Below are positions 46,028 through 54,470 of a stretch of 64,000 nucleotides of DNA, piece after piece. This DNA is from Christensenellaceae bacterium. GTDB lineage: Bacteria > Bacillota > Clostridia > Christensenellales > Borkfalkiaceae. The translations under genes were made by a program, and so were the position numbers. Below the pieces are notes generated by a model. That model ran no database searches. It was not told where the DNA came from and saw only the letters and a program-made list of their open reading frames with translations. The stretch spans positions 15,566 to 79,565 of the forward strand of contig JAZRKO010000001.1 in the NCBI GenBank assembly GCA_045646405.1. Reading direction: 5' to 3'. The first letter of the stretch is position 1. Each line of letters starts with the position of its first letter.

Positions 46028-47068
46028 CTACGCCATAAAAGATAATAACAAAATTGCAAAACTATCAAGTTTCCATCTAAACAAAGCATATAGTACCCTA
46101 ATCGCTAACTGAGTCTTTTTGCTTTCAAACCACGGAATCGATCTTTTATATCTAAAAACATTCCTGTTTCTCTTATCATTAATAACTTTTTTAGCATATT
46201 TTATTTTTGTCTCTTTATCCATTTCGTTACGCGAAGACATAATCGCAAAAAGATATACCACTAAATTTCTACAAAGCATTGCATCTAAATATTTTTGATT
46301 AGTCTCTATATCCAACCCTACTCGTTCAAGATACTTTCTAGCTTCACCATCAATAAAATATATTGCATCTTCAAATCCTTTTTGGAAAGAACGTGAAATA
46401 CTTCCACCTCTTTTTAACACTTTAATGGTCGGTTTTGAATAATAAGATATTTTACTTATGTAAGAAAAAAATTGCAGATTAAATACTATATCTTCAGAAA
46501 TACGACCTAGCGGAAATAAGCAATTGTTATTAACTATAATTTCTGCTCTATATAAAATTCCAGTAGCACGCCATCCTCTACAATTCTCCATAATTGTACG
46601 TAAGACAAAATCATTAGGATTTTCAAAACATAATTCTTTTGGAAATAATAAGTTTTCTTTTTCGACGGCATTAACTTCTTCATTTATACTTACATACTTG
46701 TAAGGCATAACAACCGACGACTTTTCAACTTCCGCAATTTCTACCATGTCCTTAATAGCATTTGGAACAACAGAATCATCTGAATCCAAGAAAAATACGT
46801 ATTCAGTATCATTAGAAATATTAGCGATACCAGCATTTCTTGCAGAAGACAATCCGCCATTTTCTTTATGAATTACACGTATAAATTCATATTTCTCTGC
46901 CAATTTATCGCAAATTTTTGGAGAATTGTCAGGCGAGCCGTCATTTACTAATATAATCTCTATATTTTTATATTTTTGGTTAACAACTGACATTACCGTC
47001 TTTTCAACGTATTTTTCAGTTTTATATACTGGTATAATAACCGCGACCTTATTATGCTGGATTTCCAT
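46028..47068 (-). CDS. Glycosyltransferase family 2
   Basis: VIIPVYKTEKYVEKTVMSVVNQKYKNIEIILVNDGSPD and an FLDSDD (DxD) motif. Confidence 0.88.
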   Translation of the reverse strand: MEIQHNKVAVIIPVYKTEKYVEKTVMSVVNQKYKNIEIILVNDGSPDNSPKICDKLAEKYEFIRVIHKENGGLSSARNAGIANISNDTEYVFFLDSDDSVVPNAIKDMVEIAEVEKSSVVMPYKYVSINEEVNAVEKENLLFPKELCFENPNDFVLRTIMENCRGWRATGILYRAEIIVNNNCLFPLGRISEDIVFNLQFFSYISKISYYSKPTIKVLKRGGSISRSFQKGFEDAIYFIDGEARKYLERVGLDIETNQKYLDAMLCRNLVVYLFAIMSSRNEMDKETKIKYAKKVINDKRNRNVFRYKRSIPWFESKKTQLAIRVLYALFRWKLDSFAILLLSFMA

Positions 47069-47099
47069 TTTATACTCACCCTACATTCATAAAAATTCC

Positions 47100-48089
47100 T
47101 TATAAATTATTTTTATACCACTCGATGGCTTCTTCTAAGCCACGCGCAAAATTGTAATCGGGGTCGTAACCTAAAAGTTCTTTCGCCTTTGATATGTCGG
47201 CGTTACTGTGCTTAATGTCACCCTTTCTGTCTGGCCCGAAGTTGGGTTCGATATTTTTATTAAGCGATTTTGTAAGCGAATAGTAAATATCTATAAGATA
47301 TTCTCTTCCGCCGTACGCTATATTAAACGCGTTACCAGCCGCCTCGTGCGGGGCAAGGCACGCCTTTAAGTTTGCCTCAATTACGTTTTCAACGTAGGTA
47401 AAGTCTCTACTTTGTTTACCGTCACCATTGATGGTGGGTTGCTCATCGTTAAGAAGTTGCTTTATAAACTTAGGAATAACCGCAGCGTACGCGCCGTTAG
47501 GGTCTTGCCTGCGCCCGAAAACGTTAAAATATCTCATACCATAGGTATCTAAGCCGTAGTGCATAGTATATAGTTTTGCCCACTCTTCGTCACAGCGTTT
47601 GGTAAGTGCGTAGGGAGAGAGTAAATTACCTTCTCTTCCTTCGCGTTTAGGAAGATTTGGCTCGTCACCATACACCGAACTCGACGATGCGTACACGAAC
47701 TTTTTAACGCCCTTTTGACGAGCCGCTTCAAGCATATTCAAAGTTCCTTCAATATTATTTTTACAATAAAATATAGGCATTTCAAGCGAACGCGGAACGC
47801 TACCCCAAGCCGCTTGATTAAGAACGAAATCAACGCCCTCACACGCTTTTAAGCAAGTATCTAAATCTTTGATATCCCCTTTTATAAACTCGTAGTTTGG
47901 GTTATCTAAAAACATATCTACGTTTGATTGTTTGCCGGTAGACAAATCGTCTAAACATCTAACCTTATAACCTAAATTTAGAATTGCTTCACAAAGGTTA
48001 GAACCTATAAATCCTGCGCCACCCGTAACTAAAAACTTAGAATTTTCGGGGAATTTTAAGTGTTTGTATCCCATAATTTTAGCCTCCAA
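47100..48089 (-). CDS. NAD-dependent UDP-sugar 4-epimerase (WbpP/TviC-like SDR)
   Basis: VTGGAGFIGSNL, ASSSSVYG and YALTK (YxxxK) motifs. Confidence 0.85.
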   Translation of the reverse strand: MEAKIMGYKHLKFPENSKFLVTGGAGFIGSNLCEAILNLGYKVRCLDDLSTGKQSNVDMFLDNPNYEFIKGDIKDLDTCLKACEGVDFVLNQAAWGSVPRSLEMPIFYCKNNIEGTLNMLEAARQKGVKKFVYASSSSVYGDEPNLPKREGREGNLLSPYALTKRCDEEWAKLYTMHYGLDTYGMRYFNVFGRRQDPNGAYAAVIPKFIKQLLNDEQPTINGDGKQSRDFTYVENVIEANLKACLAPHEAAGNAFNIAYGGREYLIDIYYSLTKSLNKNIEPNFGPDRKGDIKHSNADISKAKELLGYDPDYNFARGLEEAIEWYKNNL

Positions 48090-48120
48090 TAATCGTAACT
48101 TGCTTTTTCGTTACTTTTCC

Positions 48121-49236
48121 TTAAATTTGTAAATATTTTATCATATCGGCGTTAACCTTTTTAACGTCGAATTTTTCTAAACAATATTCGTAAGATGCTT
48201 TTCCCATACTCTTTATAAGTTCGGGGTTTTCAATAAACTCAATCATCTTATCTGCTAGTGCGCTTGCGTCTTTCACGGGAGCTAAATAACCGGTTTTACC
48301 GTCAATTACCGTACCTTTACACCCGGGCGCGTTAGTCGTGATAATTGCACGCCCCATAGCCATCGCCTCTAAAACAGTTCTAGGCGTTCCTTCGCGGTAA
48401 GAAGGTAATACGTAAACCGAACACTCTTTATAGTAGTCACTAACTCTATCCGTTTCGCCAAAATGCTCGATTATACCGCTATCAATATACGGTTTTAAGT
48501 CTTCTTTTGAAAGCGAATCTTGTATCCCTTCGCACGCACCGAGTAGCATACACCTAACGCTAGGATACTTTTCTTTAATTATTTTACAAGCGGATAAATA
48601 TTCTCGAATTCCCTTAGAATACATCACGCGCGAAAGCATAAAAAACGTGGTTTTTTCTGGGTACGGCGAGAGTGTAAACTTTTCAGTATTTACTCCCGAA
48701 CCGTTAACGAGTTTTGCCTTTTCGCTTTTAACGAGTTTTAAGTTTTCAAAAAGGAGTTTATCGTCTTCATTTTGAAAAATTACTAAATCTGCTTTTTTAA
48801 GTGCCGTTTTATATAAAACCGACATTATAAACTTTATAATTTTTGCCTTTAACGTAGTTGACGTAAAGGCGTAACCTACGCCCGTTATCATACACACCGC
48901 GCGAATATCTTTTTTAATTTTCTTGCTTGCTTTTTTTGATGCAAGCGCACCGTAAATAACTGGTTTACTAGTGTAGCCGAGCACTACGTCTGGCTGTTCT
49001 TTTATAAATAGGTTTTCAAGCGCCTTTTGATATTTAAGGTCGGCAATCGGGTTTACGCCGTTTTTGTTTATAGGAATTTCAACGAATTTAGCCCCAAGTG
49101 CGTTTATTTTATCAACGTCAATTTGGTTAGGGCCTGTAACTACTACTTCGTAGCCACGGGCGATTATTTCTTTAATAAGGTCGCCCCTAAAATTATAAAC
49201 CGTGCGGTTTTTGGGAGATACTAAAATAAATTTCAT
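48121..49236 (-). CDS. Glycosyltransferase family 4
   Basis: EX7E motif in YREGTPRTVLEAMAMGRAIITTNAPG. Confidence 0.8.
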   Translation of the reverse strand: MKFILVSPKNRTVYNFRGDLIKEIIARGYEVVVTGPNQIDVDKINALGAKFVEIPINKNGVNPIADLKYQKALENLFIKEQPDVVLGYTSKPVIYGALASKKASKKIKKDIRAVCMITGVGYAFTSTTLKAKIIKFIMSVLYKTALKKADLVIFQNEDDKLLFENLKLVKSEKAKLVNGSGVNTEKFTLSPYPEKTTFFMLSRVMYSKGIREYLSACKIIKEKYPSVRCMLLGACEGIQDSLSKEDLKPYIDSGIIEHFGETDRVSDYYKECSVYVLPSYREGTPRTVLEAMAMGRAIITTNAPGCKGTVIDGKTGYLAPVKDASALADKMIEFIENPELIKSMGKASYEYCLEKFDVKKVNADMIKYLQI

Positions 49237-49244
49237 AAATATCC

Positions 49245-50828
49245 TTAGAAGGGGAATTTTGAATGCAAAACGTAATAAACGTCTTCAAGTAAAGCCCTGT
49301 TTTTAGTGTGTTTTACGTTGGTTACAGATATCCCGTTATCATCAATGGTTTTATCCATTTTATTTCTAATTTTTTTATAAATAACGTCGTCTTCTCGTTC
49401 TTTAAGTGATGCGTTTAGCAAAAGTTCAAGCAAGTGTTTATTGTTGTACGGTATCGTTATATCAAAAGAATATCTATGTTCGCCAGTTATCATATTTCCA
49501 TTCCAACTAGACATTCTAAATTCCCAAAAGAATAGTTCTTGCCAATCAATTGCCGTGCTTGGTAAATTGCATAAATACGTTTTCATATAATCTTCAAAAA
49601 CTTTATCGGTTTTCTTTACCAACTTTCTATTGTGGAAAAAGAATTTATATAGAGTTGTCAACTTTCTAGACGTTATTTTACCAAAATTTTTTCTACCGTT
49701 AAACCGCTTAGTGTAATAGGCTCTACCAACTTCCGATACCCACGATTTAACCTCAACGTCAAAATCGTTTACGTTTGAAAAATAAATACGTTTCCTTACG
49801 TCGTTTTCATTATTTTTACGTAGCGCACCCGTATTCCAAAAAAGAATTTTTGCAACGTCGTCAAAATCTCTTAGCTTATCGTTATCGCATGGAATTTCAT
49901 ATATTTTATGGTTCAACCCTAAACTTTCTATTATCTTTTTAGCGGCACGAGCGTCTACACCTTCTTCATCGGACGAAACGTAGCTAAAATAATTGAACTT
50001 GTCGTAAACTTCATTTGCACAAGAAAGCGTCGTTTTACTATCGCAACCACCCGTCATAGAAATAGCGGGGGCTTTCCACTTCTTTGCAATTAAGCGCAAA
50101 TTAGCACTTAAAATCTCGCTAACACCATCAACGATTTCGTCCGTAGTTAAATTCTTTTTACAGGGCGTATAATATCTATGCGCCGAACTTTTGTTTTCAG
50201 TAATTTCAGCGTAGTGATTTGGAATAAGCCTCTTCAACCCGTCATACGGAGATAAATCACCAGGAAGAGAGTTTCCAAGCATTTTGAAAAACTTATAACC
50301 TGATAACGATTTTACGTAATTACTAATCGTTAAACCCAACAAATCAGATGCGAGATTTACGTGTGAAGTAACTATCTTTACTCCATCTATCACACCGTAG
50401 TAAGTCGTTTGCATGCCTGCGGTGTCCCCTAAAACGAAAACACACCCATTCGTTACAACCAAAAGTGAAAACACACCAGTTAACTCGTTAAAAGTTTTCA
50501 AAAAACCATCTTTCGATTTGACTTCTAAACTTTTCAAAATTTCACTTTCTAAATACACCCCACTAAAAGGATTATAAGCGTGCCCTATCAAAACAAGAGT
50601 ACAATTGCCACATTTTTTTACGTAGTAGTTTTGATTTGGAGAAACGTAAAGTACGCCTACTGCTTTCTCATCAACAACAATTTCTTCCTTCTTCCACCTG
50701 CCGTAAAAAGGATACGCTTCACTATCAAAGGATTTATTTGAGTAAACAAAGCCACGGTTAAACAACTTATCTTTTAGATAATCTTTACCGTCTAGAATTT
50801 GCTTGATTATTTCCTTGTTAACCATCAT
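49245..50828 (-). CDS. Asparagine-synthase-like PP-loop ATP-pyrophosphatase (no N-terminal Cys nucleophile)
   Basis: PP-loop variant SMTGGCDS. The N-terminal domain resembles the Ntn fold, but the protein starts MMVNKE with no Cys2. Confidence 0.5.
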   Translation of the reverse strand: MMVNKEIIKQILDGKDYLKDKLFNRGFVYSNKSFDSEAYPFYGRWKKEEIVVDEKAVGVLYVSPNQNYYVKKCGNCTLVLIGHAYNPFSGVYLESEILKSLEVKSKDGFLKTFNELTGVFSLLVVTNGCVFVLGDTAGMQTTYYGVIDGVKIVTSHVNLASDLLGLTISNYVKSLSGYKFFKMLGNSLPGDLSPYDGLKRLIPNHYAEITENKSSAHRYYTPCKKNLTTDEIVDGVSEILSANLRLIAKKWKAPAISMTGGCDSKTTLSCANEVYDKFNYFSYVSSDEEGVDARAAKKIIESLGLNHKIYEIPCDNDKLRDFDDVAKILFWNTGALRKNNENDVRKRIYFSNVNDFDVEVKSWVSEVGRAYYTKRFNGRKNFGKITSRKLTTLYKFFFHNRKLVKKTDKVFEDYMKTYLCNLPSTAIDWQELFFWEFRMSSWNGNMITGEHRYSFDITIPYNNKHLLELLLNASLKEREDDVIYKKIRNKMDKTIDDNGISVTNVKHTKNRALLEDVYYVLHSKFPF

Positions 50829-51724
50829 ACTCTACCTAAATTTTCTAAAATAAGATTGAATAGTCTTTCGTTGTTGCCGTTTCCTACGAAACTATTGTGC
50901 GGGGTTATTATTACGTTTTCAAAATTCCATAAAGGGCTGTCTGGCGGTAGGGGCTCAAAATCAAAAACGTCTAAACAAGCGCCGTATAAAGCGCCCGATT
51001 TTAGCGCGGATATCAGCGAAGTTTCGTCAACCACCGCACCTCGCGAAATATTTACGAAAGTTGCACCTTTTTTCATAATCGAGAACTTATCTTTACCAAA
51101 TAGCCCTTTGGTTTCACTACTTAACGGTAGGGTTAGAACGACAACGTCACCCAAACTTAAAGCATAATCAAGTTTATCAAGCGGATAGATAACTTCAAAA
51201 TTATCGTCTTCTCTCACGAACAGGTCAACGCCTAAAACCTTGCACCCCATAGCCTTAAAACGCTTGGCGCATTCCGTACCGACGCTACCTGCCCCAACGA
51301 CTACCACCGTTTGAGAATAAAGTTCTTTAACTTCTCTATTTTTAACCCACGCTTTGCCATCTTGATTTTTATAAAAAGATTTGAACCCTTTATAAAGCGA
51401 CAAAACGCCCGTAAGCGCAAACTCCGCCATAGGTACGGAATAAACGCCACGCGCGTTGAATATTTTTATGCCTAGGCGGTTAACTTCCCCCATAGGAACT
51501 CTATCGTAACCGGCACTAGTAAGTTGAACGTATTTAAGATTTGTAAATTTTTTGATATCGTGGTAAAGGAATAGCCCGTTGCAAATGACGCCTTCAACCG
51601 CCGAATAATCACACGGAAGGTCTTCACTTTCACGTTGCATAAAAACAACTTCACCACAAAGGTCTTTTATGGCACTAAGTTGACTTTCGGTGCAATTAAA
51701 CGCCCCCGTAACTAAAATTTTCAT
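50825..51724 (-). CDS. D-isomer-specific 2-hydroxyacid dehydrogenase family protein
   Basis: VVVVGAGSVGTECAKRF (GxGxxG), and NISRGAVVDE ... ITPH for the catalytic R/E/H. The start is chosen at MKILVTGAF, which has an AGGGG RBS. Confidence 0.8.
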   Translation of the reverse strand: MKILVTGAFNCTESQLSAIKDLCGEVVFMQRESEDLPCDYSAVEGVICNGLFLYHDIKKFTNLKYVQLTSAGYDRVPMGEVNRLGIKIFNARGVYSVPMAEFALTGVLSLYKGFKSFYKNQDGKAWVKNREVKELYSQTVVVVGAGSVGTECAKRFKAMGCKVLGVDLFVREDDNFEVIYPLDKLDYALSLGDVVVLTLPLSSETKGLFGKDKFSIMKKGATFVNISRGAVVDETSLISALKSGALYGACLDVFDFEPLPPDSPLWNFENVIITPHNSFVGNGNNERLFNLILENLGRV

Positions 51725-51758
51725 ACAAACCCCTAACAAATACGTATAATATACGTAT

Positions 51759-51786
51759 ATTATAGCACTTTTATAGTTAAAGTCAA
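51759..51786 (-). promoter_or_regulatory. Sigma-70-type promoter of the polysaccharide locus
   Basis: On the minus strand: TTGACT, a 16-nt spacer, then TATAAT. The -10 element is embedded in a 20-bp perfect palindrome. Confidence 0.45.
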
Positions 51787-52165
51787 TAGCAAAACCGCAA
51801 ACAATACTCCGTTTTAAGGAATTTTATGCTTGCGGTTTGATTTTTTAGTTAAATTTCGCCAAATTTTTAATACGTTTTATTGTTTTTTGCTCTTTTCTTT
51901 GGCGCGTTTGTCGTTAATTATTTTCATATGCTCTTCGGTTATAAGTTCAACCCCGTTCTCTTTCGCCCTAAGCATCAAAACAACGAAGTTTGGTAAAAAT
52001 TATCTACTATTCTTAAATTTTCAAAACTGCTCATAATACTCTCCTTCACACAAAAAACTAACCTATAAGGCAGTTAACGTATTGTAACAAAACTAATATT
52101 TTTTTGAATAAGTTAACTTATTTTTAATTATAAACCCTAAACTCATTTAAGTCAACCCAAAAGGT

Positions 52166-52194
52166 TTGACAAGTAAATTTCTTTTTTATATAAT
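52166..52194 (+). promoter_or_regulatory. Consensus sigma-70 promoter of thrH
   Basis: TTGACA, a 17-nt spacer, then TATAAT. The TTG used as an ORF start in the track is the -35 element. Confidence 0.55.
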
Positions 52195-52216
52195 AAAAAC
52201 GATAAGGAGATTTACT

Positions 52217-52828
52217 ATGAGTAACGATATGAATATTGTCTGTTTAGATTTAGAAGGCGTTTTAGTTCCCGAAATTTGGATAGCGTTTAGTGAAGAAACT
52301 AATATTCCCGAACTTAAAATCACCACTCGCGAAGAGCCTGATTACGATAAACTTATGGCTTACCGCATTAAAATTCTTAAAGAACGCGGTTTAGGTCTTA
52401 AAGAGATTGAAAAAACGATAGAAAAAATCAATCCGCTTGACGGGGCTAAGGAGTTTTTAGACGAACTTAGAAGTATTACGCAAGTAGTAATACTTAGCGA
52501 CACTTTCTATCAATTCGGTGCACCGCTTATGAAAAAACTCGGCAACCCCACGCTATTATGCAACACGCTTGAAGTTTCAAATAGTGGCGAAATCGTAGGC
52601 TATAAAATGAGATGCGAGCATTCAAAACTGTCTACCGTAAAAGCCCTTCAATCGGTCGGGTTTGAAACGATAGCGTCGGGCGATAGTTATAACGACCTTG
52701 AAATGATAAAAGCAAGCAAAAAAGGGTTTTTGTTTAGAAGTACTGAAAAGATTAAAAAAGACTTTCCTGAACTCCCTGCATTTGAAACTTATAGCGAACT
52801 TTTAACCGCTATTAAAAACGCTTTATAA
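52217..52828 (+). CDS. thrH: Phosphoserine phosphatase/homoserine phosphotransferase ThrH-like HAD protein
   Basis: IVCLDLEGVLVPEIWIAFSEETNI closely matches the ThrH N-terminus (DxD HAD motif I). GDSYNDLEM is motif IV. AAGGAG RBS. Confidence 0.8.
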   Translation: MSNDMNIVCLDLEGVLVPEIWIAFSEETNIPELKITTREEPDYDKLMAYRIKILKERGLGLKEIEKTIEKINPLDGAKEFLDELRSITQVVILSDTFYQFGAPLMKKLGNPTLLCNTLEVSNSGEIVGYKMRCEHSKLSTVKALQSVGFETIASGDSYNDLEMIKASKKGFLFRSTEKIKKDFPELPAFETYSELLTAIKNAL

Positions 52829-52833
52829 TATGA

Positions 52834-52862
52834 AAAACGAGTGGGTTTCCCCACTCGTTTTT
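52834..52862. terminator. Bidirectional terminator (GAGTGGGTTTCCCCACTC core)
   Basis: aaaaacgagtggg-tttc-cccactcgttttt. Confidence 0.8.
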
Positions 52863-52869
52863 AAGTTTT

Positions 52870-53550
52870 TTAGTTTTCAATTTTTTCCCTAACAAACTCA
52901 ATTGCCGTGTAAAATAACATAATGAGTGCAAACGATAAAAGTACACCGCCAAAGATATCCGTGAACCAGTGAACGCCCGAAAGCAACCTTCCTATTACGG
53001 TTAATAGTATCAACGCGTATCCTATGATAACCAACGTTATAGACAACGCTTTTTTGCCGTTTATCATTTCGCTTGCAACTATCATTGCCGAACTTATTAC
53101 GCAGATAGATAGCATAGTGTGAGAAGACGGATACGAGGCTTCAAGTTCCCCTTCAACTAATACGGGGCGATAATTAACTACTATAAGTTCAAATACCGCG
53201 TAGAAGATTAAAACTACCACGTAAAACCCGCCTAATACTAATATTTTGTAGTCTACCTTTTTAATCGACTTATACTTTATTAGTTGATATAACCCAAGCC
53301 CAGCAAAAAACGCGATAACTAAAAAGGTTAAATACCCAAGTATTTCCGTTACGTCATACATTATTTTTGACGCGCCTATCACCTTAAACACCGCGAGGTT
53401 TACACTTGCAAGACCAACTGTCGATTGAAGTGGGCCTACCGCCTTTACGTCAACGTATTTTACTATTATCGTAAAGATTATAAACGCCAAAAATAAGCAC
53501 GCCGTTATTATTATATTACTTTTTGTTTGCGACTTCATAAATTCCCCCAA
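52870..53550 (-). CDS. PAP2 family lipid phosphatase
   Basis: PAP2 motifs SYPSSHT and SGVHWFTD in a polytopic membrane protein. Confidence 0.85.
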   Translation of the reverse strand: MGEFMKSQTKSNIIITACLFLAFIIFTIIVKYVDVKAVGPLQSTVGLASVNLAVFKVIGASKIMYDVTEILGYLTFLVIAFFAGLGLYQLIKYKSIKKVDYKILVLGGFYVVVLIFYAVFELIVVNYRPVLVEGELEASYPSSHTMLSICVISSAMIVASEMINGKKALSITLVIIGYALILLTVIGRLLSGVHWFTDIFGGVLLSFALIMLFYTAIEFVREKIEN

Positions 53551-53604
53551 AACGAATATATTTTTAGTTTATAGGTTTTACGTCGCTTTGTCAATACAAA
53601 AATT

Positions 53605-53636
53605 AAAAAAAGAGTGGGTTTTCCCACTCTTTTTTG
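53605..53636. terminator. Terminator hairpin (GAGTGGGTTTTCCCACTC core)
   Basis: aaaaaaagagtggg-tttt-cccactctttttt. Confidence 0.8.
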
Positions 53637-53640
53637 AGTT

Positions 53641-53994
53641 TTATGCTAGCATTTGACAAGTTACGATAAACGCGATTTCGGATATTATAGGAAGTATAAT
53701 CGCAACTATAAAAAATATGATATTACCCTTTCCAGCATGCTTTACTATTGAAGATATTAAACCTATTATTGCAGGAATTAGCGATACGATATAACCTATC
53801 CCGCCGATTATTATAACCATAATCGTTAGATAAACCGCAACTTCAAGCGACGGGTTAGACGACGGCGTTATCACAATATCTAGTAGCCCCCACACCAAAA
53901 AGGCGGTAAGTACTAAATATATTATTAGATATATCACTTTTAGCGTTGTAAGTAGTTTGCTTTTTGTATTACTCATAATTACCTCCTTAGACAA
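53641..53994 (-). CDS. Small polytopic membrane protein, unknown function
   Basis: 117-aa ORF with 3-4 TM helices and an AAGGAGG RBS. Confidence 0.5.
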   Translation of the reverse strand: MSKEVIMSNTKSKLLTTLKVIYLIIYLVLTAFLVWGLLDIVITPSSNPSLEVAVYLTIMVIIIGGIGYIVSLIPAIIGLISSIVKHAGKGNIIFFIVAIILPIISEIAFIVTCQMLA

Positions 53995-54094
53995 GGTTTA
54001 GACATTATTTACCTGCCAAAATATTATTTGTAATTTCATTTTAACATATGCGTCAAATCTTTGCAATAGTAAAATAAAAAGGCGAAATTTCGCC

Positions 54095-54406
54095 TTACTT
54101 ATTTTTTAATTCTTTTATATAATCAATAATAGCCTTTACTAAAAAAATTACCGCGTGAATTATAATTATTACTATAACTATCGCAGTTAACACGTAAAAA
54201 ACACCGTAAAACACGTCTATCGCGACGTGGTAGTTTTTAATACCGAATATAGTTAAAACTTTACCGCCCGTAAAAAGAATAAAAAGCGCGCAAATGACTA
54301 ATAACGACGGAACGACTATCGCTAACACGTTTATTATTCTAACCTTTCTTAATCGTTTTTTATATTCGTTATAATCAGTTATTGGTTTTTCGGGTTTTTT
54401 TGCCAT
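54095..54406 (-). CDS. Small membrane protein, unknown function
   Basis: 103-aa ORF with a basic N-terminus and two TM helices. A terminator hairpin lies at its 3' end. Confidence 0.5.
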   Translation of the reverse strand: MAKKPEKPITDYNEYKKRLRKVRIINVLAIVVPSLLVICALFILFTGGKVLTIFGIKNYHVAIDVFYGVFYVLTAIVIVIIIIHAVIFLVKAIIDYIKELKNK

Positions 54407-54470
54407 AAAAATATTTTAGAATAATAGTTTATAATTGTCAATCGTTTGCAATTTATGATATAATAATTTT

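Noticed and set aside
38833-49236. Homopolymeric A/T tracts in glycosyltransferase genes as phase-variation switches.
   Set aside because: The longest tracts I saw were about 7-8 nt, which is ordinary for AT-rich DNA. No poly-G/C tracts or tandem tetramer or pentamer repeats are present.
51725-51739. TTG-initiated 5-codon extension of the first glycan-locus gene, and similarly 46021..46089 for the GT-B gene.
   Set aside because: Internal ATGs with proper AGGGG and AGGA RBS spacing give the canonical MKILVTGAF and MRILVVS starts. The extensions overlap RBS or upstream-gene sequence.
52166-52216. TTG-initiated extension of the thrH ORF.
   Set aside because: The TTG is the first codon of a TTGACA -35 box in a perfect consensus promoter. 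The ATG at 52217 has an AAGGAG RBS and matches the ThrH N-terminus.
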